Program-made: the position numbers and the translations under genes
Part shown: piece after piece, positions 1 to 9,455 of the stretch
How the letters are laid out: the number at the start of each line of letters is the position of its first letter
Position numbering within the stretch: the first letter of the stretch is position 1
NCBI GenBank assembly: GCA_030390025.1
Contig: CM059432.1
Coordinates: forward strand, 45,324,001 to 45,388,000
Length of the DNA: 64,000 nt
From: Squalus acanthias
Taxonomy: Eukaryota
Direction: 5' to 3'
The notes under the pieces: generated by a model
Told to the model about the DNA's origin: nothing
The model's input: the letters and a program-made list of their open reading frames with translations, nothing else
Databases searched by the model: none

Positions 1-437
1 GTTTTTCCTATGAGGAGAGATTGAGAAGATTGGGCCTATACTCTGGAGTTTCGAAGAATGAGAGGTGATCTCTTAGAAACATATAAGATTTTGAGGGGGA
101 TTGACAGGGTAGATGCTGAGAGATTGTTTCCCCTGGCTGGAGAGTCTAGAACTAAGGAGCATAGTCTCAGGATAAGGGGTCGGTCATTAAGATTGAGATG
201 ATGAAGAATTTCTTCACTCAGAGAGCTGTGAATCTTTGGAATTCTCTACTCCAAAGGGCTGTGGATGCTCAATCATTGAGTATATTCAATGTTGAAATAG
301 ATAGCTTTTTGGATTCAAGGGGAATCAAGGGATATGGGAGTCGGGCGGGAAAGTGGAGTTGAGGTTGAAGATCAGCCATGATCTTATTGAATGACAGAGT
401 AGGCTCGAGGGCCTGCTCCTAATTCTTATGTTCTTAT
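1..437 (+). mobile_element. CR1-type LINE, 3' end (RT C-terminus, 3' UTR and tail)
   Basis: Encodes [31 protein letters not shown]..., typical of the CR1 ORF2 C-terminus, and ends in a TTCTTATGTTCTTAT microsatellite tail. Confidence 0.9.
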
Positions 438-3400
438 ATTATGTATTATCAGCTCCTGAAAACAATCTGTGCAACTCTAGTGGCAACAGATCACTTTGGT
501 CATACTGGATCTTAATAAACTGCCTACCATTCTGTTATGCAGAAAACAAGAGGGCAATAATTTAGCTTCTCTCCAATTATTATGCAAAGGGATAATCAGT
601 ATGGTCTGTTGTTGATGGTGCAGCTAGTTCATAGGAACTATATAGTACATAAATAACAGGAACAGCATTATACATTGACAATAATACACTCACCTCTAAA
701 TAACATGCATCAGGAACCAATGCAGTTGTGTTCCTCAGACAGCATATTATCAGTTTCCTGAGACCATGCTGTACAAAACCATTAGCAACAGACTACTGAA
801 AATGCTGTATTTTTAATAATCTATCAACCATTTTTTCAGCAGTGAGATACTAAGTTAGGTAAAACAAAACCTATTGTTTGATTTACGCTCTTTCTAGTGA
901 TTAGATTATGGCATCATCAATGTTTTGCAGCTACACAGTAGGATCCCAGCAGCAGCTAATGTGTAGGTGACAAAATGGTGTAATTGACGGATTTGGATTG
1001 ATCATTTCGAGGTTTTCACTTCTAAATAGCATTTTAGTTATTTTGAAACCACAACAGACATTTTGGCCGGAATTTTTCCTACCTGGGCGGTTCTGGTGCG
1101 GGCGGTGTCCGTGGCAGGTCGCGACCCCGCTGCTGGCTCCATCCCGCTGTTGAAAATGAGCTTGCCTTAATGGGGCTTATTAAGCCTGGCCAGCACGTTA
1201 CCCGGCCCTATTAGATGGAGCGTGTCTGGTGATGTCATTCATGACGCGTTTTCAACCGGGATCTTTAAAGGGACCATGGCCACATTAGATTTGAAGTTTA
1301 ATCTAACATTGTGCTGTCAGTGCACTACAGCATTGGAGTGCTGCAAACAGTGACAATGACTGCACAGAGGCTGCACCCAGGTTCTCCGATGACTCCCTCC
1401 ATAAGCTTATGGAGGGCGTCACAGCACGCAGGGAGGACCTCTTCACTTCCGATGGGCAGAAGTGACCACCCCAGAAGACCAAGACAGCCTGGTTGCACAT
1501 TGCAGAGGAGGTCACAAGCAGGGATGTCGTCAGGAGGACCTGGGTGCAGTGCCGCAAACGTTTCAATGATCTCAGTAGATCACAAAACGTTAGTACAAAG
1601 CAACGCTCTACCTCATCCTGCTGTGCCTCTCATCACATTCCCATCACTCTGCCTTCCCTACCCTAGTCCTGCACATCCTTACTCACACCAACTTACCTTG
1701 CACCTTCACCCATCCCTCTCTCTCTATCTTCATTATCACATCCCCATCTCACGAGCCACCCCTCACATTCACCCTCATCCTAGTCCAATCATACCAACTA
1801 ACAACACACAAGGGTAGCCACTTTGGTGTTTTATCCACTGTTTATGTAAAGTTTCTGTTAATGTGGTGTCAAACATAAAAGTCTTTATATTTTCAACACT
1901 TTGCGTTCTTGGACAGATTTGTGTGCACCTTTGGAAGTGTCTTAGTGAGTTGCAGTGAATGGTGAGACATAACGGTATCCCCCGCAATGGTGATGAGTGT
2001 GAAAGGAATGGCTTGGTCATTGTAGAGATACTTTATGGTGCTGGTGTGGGGTGGTGCCAACCTGGCGCATCATGTGGCAGCCATATGGGTGTACAGCGTA
2101 AAGTTAACTAATTCTGGCCATGATGAGGCAATCCATGGACTGCCGGGCAGAAATGTGCTTGTGTACTGATGCCCTGTGTCCTGTGCAGCATCAGGTGATT
2201 GTGGAGAAGGTTGGTGGTGTTGTTGGTGCTGCTGGTGTGCCTGGTGCTGCTGGTGTTGGGGCTGATCGTGGTGGGATTTGAGGACCAAGGTGAGACAGTA
2301 TAAACGGCACCCATGCTGGTGGAATAGATGGCAGGTGAAGTAGAGATGACAGAAGCATTCTGTCAATGGTGAGGGAGTTCTTCCAATGAGGTGAGACTGG
2401 ATGGAGACTTTGCTGGAAAGACTTGCAGCCTGCAGAATCTGTGCTGGAAATAGACTGAGAAACAGAATCTGCCTGAGGAAAGTGATCCTTTTCCTCTCCA
2501 AAGTCCTTGAATGTGTTGTTGCCTCCAAAATCTGCAACTCAATGTTTGAATCCCTCCAATCAGGTTTCCGCCCTTGCCACAGTACCGAAACAGCTCTCAT
2601 CAAAGTCACAAATGACATCCTTTGTGACTGTAACTAAGGTAAACTATCCCTCCTCGTCCTTCTTGACTTGTCTGCAGCCTTTGACATGGTTGACCACTCC
2701 ATCCTTCTCCAGCGCCTCTCCACCGTTGTCCAGCTGGGTGGGACAGCACTCGTCTGGTTCCATTCTTATCTATCTAATCGTAGCCAGAGAATCACCTGCA
2801 ATGGCTTTTATTCCCGCTCCAGCATCATTACCTCTAGTGTCCCCCAAGGATCTATCTTTGGCCCCCTCCTATTTCTCATCTACATGTTGCCCTTCGGCGA
2901 CATCATCTGAAAACACAGCATCAGTTTCCACATGTACGCTGATGACACCCATTCTACCTCACTACCACTTCTCTCGGCCCCCACCATGGTCTCTAAATTG
3001 TCAGACTGCTTGTCCGACATCCAGTTCTGGATGAGCAGAAATTTTCTCCAGTTAAATATTTGGAAGACCGAAGCCATTGTTTTCGGTCCCCGCCACAAAC
3101 TCTGTTCCCTAACCATTGACTCCATCCCTAACATCTGTCTGAGGCTGAGCCACACTGTTCGCAAACTTGGTGTCATATTTGACCCTGAAATGAGCTTCTG
3201 ACCACAATCCGCAGCATAACTAAGACCGCCTATTTCCACCTGCGTAACATCGCCTGTCTCCGCCCCTGCCTCAACTAATCCGCTGCTGAAACACTGATCC
3301 ATGCCTTTTCTATCTCTAGACTTGACTATTCCAACTTACTCCTGCTGGCCTCCCACATTCTACCCTACGTAAACTTGAGGTGATCCAAAACTCGCTGCCC

Positions 3401-4158
3401 GTGTCCTAACTCACACCAAGTTCCGTTCACCCATCACCCCTGTGCTCGATGACCTACATTGGCTCCCGATTAAGCAACGCCTCAATTTCAAAATTCTCAT
3501 CCTTGTTTTCAAATCCCTCCATAGCCTCGCCCCTCCCTATCTCTGTAATCTTCTTCAGCCCCACAACCCCCCCGAGATATCTGCGCTCCTCTAATTCTGC
3601 CCTCTTGAGCATCCCTGATTATAATCGCTCAACCATTGGTGGCCGTGCCTTCAGTTGCCTAGGCCCTAAGCTCTGGAATTCCCTGCCTAAACCTCTCTGC
3701 CTCTCTACCTCTCTTTCTTCCTTAAAGATGCTCCTTAAAACCTACCTCTTTGACCAAGCTTTTGGTCACCTGCCCTAATTTCTCCTTATGTGGCTTGGTG
3801 TCAAATATAATGGGCCAGAAATTCGGGTCTCCACGGGTGAGTACGCGCTGTGTACTCACCCGTAGACCCAACGAAAGTGCCGGTTTCGTGCATGCACTGC
3901 ACATGCGCTGGAAACCGGAACTTGCGTTCCCTTGAAAGAAAGGGTTCGGAGGTCAAACGCGTGCGCTGGAGAGACAGCGCGCACGCATTGGACTTCCATT
4001 TTTTTTTCAGGTTTCCGTGTGAGGGTAAGTCCCCAGCAGCTGCGCGGGGGAAAAGCAGGCGCAAGGCCTGATTTTAACAAGGTAAGTGGTGAATTAACTA
4101 AAATTAAAACATTTTTTCGACAGGTTTATTATTTTTAAATACTTTAAAGAAAGGTAAG

Positions 4159-6059
4159 TGACATGAATCTGTCATTCATGAAAGAAAGACTTATGAAATA
4201 ATACTGAGTGGCCTGCGGGTGGCGCTGTACGGGGAGAGTATAAATACTTGGGCACGGGCCCAGCATGCACAGGACATTCTTAACAGGAAATATGGAAGGA
4301 CACAACTAGACCTCCATGTTGTAAAACAGTTGATTAAAGCTTTGTTTAATGCTTAGACCAAGTGCCTAGTAGTTTTCTTACGTCAATTTAATCAACTGGA
4401 CCTGCACCATGCTCTGAGTGGCTTTGGGAACAGACGGCTACAACTCAAATGGTAGAAGGGAACCAGACGTAGTAATCAATCCATCATGGAGAAACTACTC
4501 CAACCCGCCCGTCTTGACCTGGACCCAAATTCACCTACAACTGCTAAGGTATGGAAACACTGGTATCATACCTTCAGCATCTTCCTCAGGGCGTGTGGTG
4601 AGAATGTTCCTGATAAGTTAGAGATACTTGCCAATTATGTATCCCCTTATGTGTTTGACTATATCGAAGACTTTGTAGACTATGACTCCGCTATCCGAAT
4701 ACTACAGCAACTATATGTTAAGGCCCCAAATGAAATTTTTGCTCGGCATCTACTGGCCACAACTCGACAACAACCCGGGGTATCACTTGACGAATATTCA
4801 CGCTTTCCCTTTGCTTTCCCCTGTCCCAATATGCTTACTTGCACAGTGATCAAATACCTCGATCAGGTCTTTTCCCTTTGCGGTATGGCCAATTTCATCC
4901 ACTCTGATCGGGGTCCCTCCTTCATGTCAAGCAAACTCAAAAGTTATCTTTCCCAACGGGGAATCGCCACAAGTAAAACGACACCGTATCATCCTATTGG
5001 AAACGGACAGGTTGAGAGATACAACGCTATCATTTGGAACACTGTTCGTCTTGCACTGAGGTCACACAATCTATCAGACCAGCACTGGGAAACTATGCTC
5101 CCTGACGCGTTGCATTCCATCAGGTCTCTTCTTTCTACATCCACCAATGTTACTCCTCACGAACGATTCTTCGGGTTCCAGCATCGCTCCACTCATGGGA
5201 CGTCCCTAGCATCATGGTTGGCAGCTCCTGGCTCCGTGCTGCTCCGAAGATTCGTCCGATCCTCCAAGAGTGATCCCCTCGTCGACGAGGTGGAACTAAC
5301 GGATGTCAATCCTACATACACATACGTGCGGTACCCTGATGGCTGGGAGTCCACAGTTTCACTTCGGGATCTGGCTCCCTGCCCAACCGGTCCCACGGAC
5401 CCAATCGATAGAGAGATCCATATTAACGATGCCGATACTCCGCGCTCCTCCGAGGATGACGCCCTACCCGGGACATCAAGGGATCTGCCAGCTACTCCGC
5501 CGGATCAACCCGGGGAACAGAGCGCTCCCCGCGGGATGGCCACCCGAAGCCAGGACATCGGTCAATCACCGGCTACTGAGCAGGATAAAGCCAGCTCTGC
5601 GCCTGTGGGGGCCCACACCTGGAGTCACGATCTCCCCAGTCCCCCTTAGGTCAATCGAGGCAACACGGGCTCTGCCAGCACGCCGGTACGAACCAAGCGA
5701 CCTAGGGACCAAGACACGGTCCGAGGAGACGTGCCTTCCAGCCACAAACGGAGATCCAAACGACTGCGGCTATTCATAGATTAATCCGATAGAAGAAAGT
5801 CGCCGGACTTCCAATCCTTCAGGCGGGAAGAATGACATGAATCTGTCATTCATGTGGAAATGACTTATGAAATAATACTGAGTGGCCTGCGGGTGGCGCT
5901 GTCCAGGGAGAGTATAAATACTCAGGCACGGGCCCAGCTTGAGCAGGACATTCTTAACAGGAACTAATGAAGGACACAACTACACCTCCATGTTGTAAAA
6001 CAGTTGATTAAAGCTTTGTTTAATGCTTAGAACAAGTGCCTAGTAGTTTTCTTATGTCA
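4159..6059 (+). mobile_element. Internally deleted Ty3/Gypsy LTR retrotransposon with both LTRs
   Basis: 227-bp LTRs at 4159-4385 and 5833-6059 (TGACAT...AYGTCA). 5-bp TSD GTAAG (4154-4158 and 6060-6064). Polypurine tract AGGCGGGAAGAA at 5821-5832. Internal gag-integrase ORF. Confidence 0.95.
4486..5649 (+). CDS. Gypsy Gag N-terminal part fused in frame to integrase core/C-terminus (387 aa; no PR, RT or RNase H)
   Basis: Gag-like N-terminus (LDLDPNSPTTAKVWKHW...FARHLLATTRQQPG) runs directly into integrase motifs DEYSRFPFAFPC, IHSDRG, TTPYHPIGNGQVER and TPHERFF. Confidence 0.85.
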   Translation: MEKLLQPARLDLDPNSPTTAKVWKHWYHTFSIFLRACGENVPDKLEILANYVSPYVFDYIEDFVDYDSAIRILQQLYVKAPNEIFARHLLATTRQQPGVSLDEYSRFPFAFPCPNMLTCTVIKYLDQVFSLCGMANFIHSDRGPSFMSSKLKSYLSQRGIATSKTTPYHPIGNGQVERYNAIIWNTVRLALRSHNLSDQHWETMLPDALHSIRSLLSTSTNVTPHERFFGFQHRSTHGTSLASWLAAPGSVLLRRFVRSSKSDPLVDEVELTDVNPTYTYVRYPDGWESTVSLRDLAPCPTGPTDPIDREIHINDADTPRSSEDDALPGTSRDLPATPPDQPGEQSAPRGMATRSQDIGQSPATEQDKASSAPVGAHTWSHDLPSPP

Positions 6060-7331
6060 GTAAGTTTATTTTTAGCCCCGTTAAAAACTGTAATTAATTT
6101 TTTCAAAAATTTAAATTATTGTTTAAAATAGTTATTTTGTGTAATTTATAGTTATTTTAAAAATGTGATTTTTTTTTTAATTTATTTGAAGTTTTAGTGA
6201 GGTTTTGGGGCCGATATCTATTCCTAGATTTGACAGGTCTTCCTGTCAAATCTATGAATGGAGATTCCCTGCTCCGATTGGCTCTCCATGGCCCACGTGA
6301 TCCCAGGGGACGCTTCGAACTAACTGCGCCCCTGGGATACGCAAGCACTGCACACCGGCAGCTGGAGGAGGCCCAGGATCGGAATTCCAGGCGGGCCCAG
6401 AGCACAACGGCAGGCGCGCTAGGTAAGTGCAGGTTGGGGGCTTGCACCCGTGGGAAGCCTCCGACCCAAATTTCTGGCCCATTATAATACTCCTGTGAAG
6501 CGCCTTGGGACATTTTACTACGTTAAAGGCGCTATATAAATACAAGTTGTTGTTGTTGTATCTGTCAGGTGGGAGCTTTTACTGGACATTTGAAGCTGTC
6601 AAATAATCAGCTGGAGCAATGGCCACTGAACTCCAGCCTCAGGTTGACAGACGTGCTTCCCGAACTGCATGAATCCTATGGCCATGCAGGGCAATTTAAA
6701 ATGTAGAGGGAAAAAGGCTCTTAAGTGCCTGTAAACTACCTGATAATGATTTCAATTAGGTCGCCCGCATCTGCCGGTCGGGTTTGCTCCGCGATGACAG
6801 ACGTGCCTGGGGGAAAGGCGACCCGCTGTCAAAAATAACAACTTTCCCACCCAACCCACGACCGATCGTGCCCGCTGCCACCCCGGAAAATTCTGGCCAA
6901 ACATCGTGAAGTTTGGCAGTGGCCATATCTTGCTAAAATATATATAACTTCTGCACGGCTACTTTCAAAAGAATGAACTGGACAGATTGAAAGATTAAGT
7001 TAGAAACTCTGCCAATATTTATTTTCAGCACTCAAAGAATGGTCAGTGGCTCAGTGGGCTTCCAGTATTTTCAAGGTGGCCCATTAGTAATGTTGCTTCT
7101 CCCTGCTGTCAGAAACTGATATTTAATTGATAACAAAATGACATCATTAATGGATCACAGATTGGCAACTTAGAGACACTGGGGGCAATTTTTGCATCGC
7201 TATCACCCTGCTTCCACTTGGAAAGAGGATGGTAATAGTACCAAAATGACATGACTGGTGGAAGCACTGACTTACAAACAAGTTGAGAAGTCGCACAACA
7301 CCAGGTTATAGTCCAACAGATTTATTTAAAA

Positions 7332-7369
7332 TTACAAGCTTTCGGAGCTGTCGCCCCTTCCTCAGGTAA
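7332..7369 (-). ncRNA. Hammerhead ribozyme, second copy in the inverted pLTR
   Basis: Exact reverse complement of the 8960-8997 motif. Confidence 0.8.
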
Positions 7370-7628
7370 AGTTACAATGAGTGAATCTACAATATTTCAC
7401 AGTATATAAACACAGAAGCTGCAGAGATACAATCTTTCAGGAAAGGTGTCCGCACATCAAAGACACACCAAGAGCACAGCCAAGACAATGAGATGTGTCA
7501 CAGGGGGTCCAACGTGTCAAATCCTGCTGTCTGCAGTGTTTTGGTTTTTTTTGGTTTTTTTTGTTTTTTGTTTTTTTTTGTGTGTTTTTTTTTGGGTTTG
7601 TTTTTTTTGTGTTTCTTTTTTAAACCAG

Positions 7629-8726
7629 ATGTACACCAGATACATCGACGACATCTTCTTCCTTTGGACCCACGGCAAAGGATCACTGAAAGGACTACAC
7701 GATAACATCAACAGTTTCCATCCCACCATCAATCTCACCATGGACTACTCCTCAGAATCGGTTTCATTCTTGGACACACGAATCTCCATCAAAGACGGAC
7801 GCCTCAGCACTTCACTCTACCGCAAGCCCACGGACAACCTCACGATGCTCCACTTCTCCAGCTTCCACCCTAACCACGTTAAAGAAGCCATCCCCTATGG
7901 ACAAGCCCTGCGAATACACAGGATCTGCTCAGATGAGGAGGAACGCGATGGACACCTACGGACACTGAAAGATGCCCTCGTAAGAACGGAATATGACGCT
8001 CGACTCGTCGATCGACAGTTCCGACGGGCCACAGCGAAAAACCACATAGACCTCCTCAGAAGGCGAACACGGGACACAACTAACAGAGTACCCTACGTCA
8101 TCCAGTACTTCCCCGGAGCGGAGAAACTACGCCATGTTCTTCGCAGCCTTCAACATGTCATCGATGACGACGAACACCTTGCTAAGGCCATCCCCACGCC
8201 TCCACTACTCGCCTTCAAGCAGCCACCTAACCTCAAAAGTACCATCGTTCGCAGCAAATTACCCAGCTGTCAGGAGAACAGCGACCATGACACCACACAA
8301 CCCTGCCACGGCAACCTCTGCAAGACATGCCAGATCATGAACACAGATACCATCATCACACGTGAGGACACTACCCACCAGGTACATGGTACATACTCAT
8401 GTGACTCGGCCAACGTTGTCTACCTGATAGGTTGCAGGAAAGGATGCCCCAGAGCATGGTACATTGGCGAGACCATGCAGACACTGAGACAATGTATGAA
8501 CGGACACCGCGCAACAATCGCCAGGCAGGATTGTTGCCTCCCAGTCGGGGAACACTTTAGCAGTCAAGGACATTCAGCCTCGGATCTGCGGGTTAGCGTT
8601 CTCCAAGGCGGCCTTCGAGACACACGGCAACGCAAAATCATCAAGCAGAAACTGATAGCCAAGTTCCGCACCCATGAGGACGGCCTCAATAGGGATATCG
8701 GGTTCATGTCACGCTACAGAACGTGA
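7629..8726 (+). pseudogene. Penelope RT (from YIDD onward) plus GIY-YIG endonuclease; open 365-codon frame, 5'-truncated
   Basis: RYIDDIF, SFLDT, LYRKPTD, CxxxxCxxC, VVYLIGC...WYIGET and GLN motifs. The upstream part of the 7446 ORF is only readthrough of the inverted pLTR. Confidence 0.9.
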
Positions 8727-8959
8727 CTCGACATCATTGTCTGTCTTTCCAGTTTAAAAAAAAACACAAAAAAAACAAACCCCAAAAAAACACTGCAGAC
8801 AGCAGGATTTGACACGTTGGACCCCCTGGGACACATCTCATTGTCTTGGCTGTGCTCTTGGTGTGTCTTTGATGTAAGGACACCTTCCCTGAAAGATTGT
8901 ATCTCTGCAGCTTCTGTGTTTATATACTGTGAAATATTGTAGATTCACTCATTGTAACT

Positions 8960-8997
8960 TTACCTGAGGAAGGGGCGACAGCTCCGAAAGCTTGTAA
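8960..8997 (+). ncRNA. Minimal type I hammerhead ribozyme in the Penelope 3' pLTR
   Basis: CTGAGGA core (8964-8970), stem II GGGGC-GACA-GCTCC, GAAA (8986-8989), followed by the palindromic AAGCTT. Confidence 0.8.
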
Positions 8998-9455
8998 TTT
9001 TAAATAAATCTGTTGGACTATAACCTGGTGTTGTGCGACTTCTCATTTTTGTCCACCCCAGTCCAATACCGGCATCTCCGCATCACATACAAACAAGTTG
9101 CCATTTGTCCTGACTTTGGATGGAGCTCCCACCTGAAACAGTTAGGAAGTTTATACATATATGCGAATCAGAGTCAGCTGACAGAGTTAGGACCCCCAGC
9201 GCCATTTTCATTTCGACCCACCTACTCCTGCCCACCAATCATGGATGCTACAAATCGGGAAGTGGTTCATTCGCAGTAAATATTACAGGGATCCTCAGCT
9301 GCAGTGAGTTTGGGAGACATTTTTGTACGGCAGTCTCTTGTAGTTTTTGCACTTTAAAGGCAATCAAATATAATTAGTTACTGCTGTAGGTTCTGCAAAC
9401 AAGTTCCCTGCTGCTCTAACATGCTGCTTCTTTTCATTCCTGATGCTAATACCTA

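Larger units (their letters stand above)
3812..6480 (+). mobile_element. Harbinger-type MITE (own sequence 3812-4158 and 6060-6480) inserted in the L2 3' UTR
   Basis: TIRs GGGCCAGAAATT and AATTTCTGGCCC, with subterminal CCACGGGTG and CACCCGTGG. A related copy lies in reverse at ~11705-12084. Confidence 0.75.
2488..6559 (+). mobile_element. L2-clade LINE, 5'-truncated (2488-3811 and 6481-6559)
   Basis: RT motifs FLSKVLE, QSGFRPCHSTETAL, DLSAAFD, GVPQGS-like and HMYADDT. The L2 3' end CTATATAAATACAAG(TTG)n is at 6531-6559. Possible short TSD ATC. Confidence 0.9.
1065..6898 (+). mobile_element. Non-autonomous PIF/Harbinger DNA transposon, copy 1 (own sequence 1065-2487 and 6560-6898; interrupted by L2, MITE and LTR element)
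   Basis: Terminal inverted repeats GGCCGGAATTTTTCC (1065) and GGAAAATTCTGGCC (ends 6898). The + strand carries a Myb/SANT-like segment AAPRFSDDSLHKLMEGVTARREDLF...AWLHIAEEVTSRDVVRRTWVQCRKRFNDL with one stop. A convergent deleted transposase remnant lies on the - strand at ~2100-2314. Colinear with copies at 22787, 35858, 39822 and 56041. Confidence 0.8.
7286..9087 (+). mobile_element. Penelope-like retroelement, 5'-truncated, with inverted 5' pLTR
   Basis: 13-bp TSD TACAAACAAGTTG (7273-7285 and 9088-9100). Inverted repeat 7284-7625 versus 8752-9045. RT C-terminal half plus GIY-YIG endonuclease. Confidence 0.95.

Noticed and set aside
2070..2618. 182-aa Gln/His-rich ORF as a host gene
   Set aside because: It is a chimeric frame across antisense L2 and the Harbinger remnant, and related sequence recurs in the other copies.
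7446..7628. Phe/Val/Cys-rich hydrophobic N-terminus of the 426-aa ORF, resembling a membrane anchor
   Set aside because: It is translation of the T-rich tract of the inverted pLTR, starts at GTG, and is not part of the Penelope protein.
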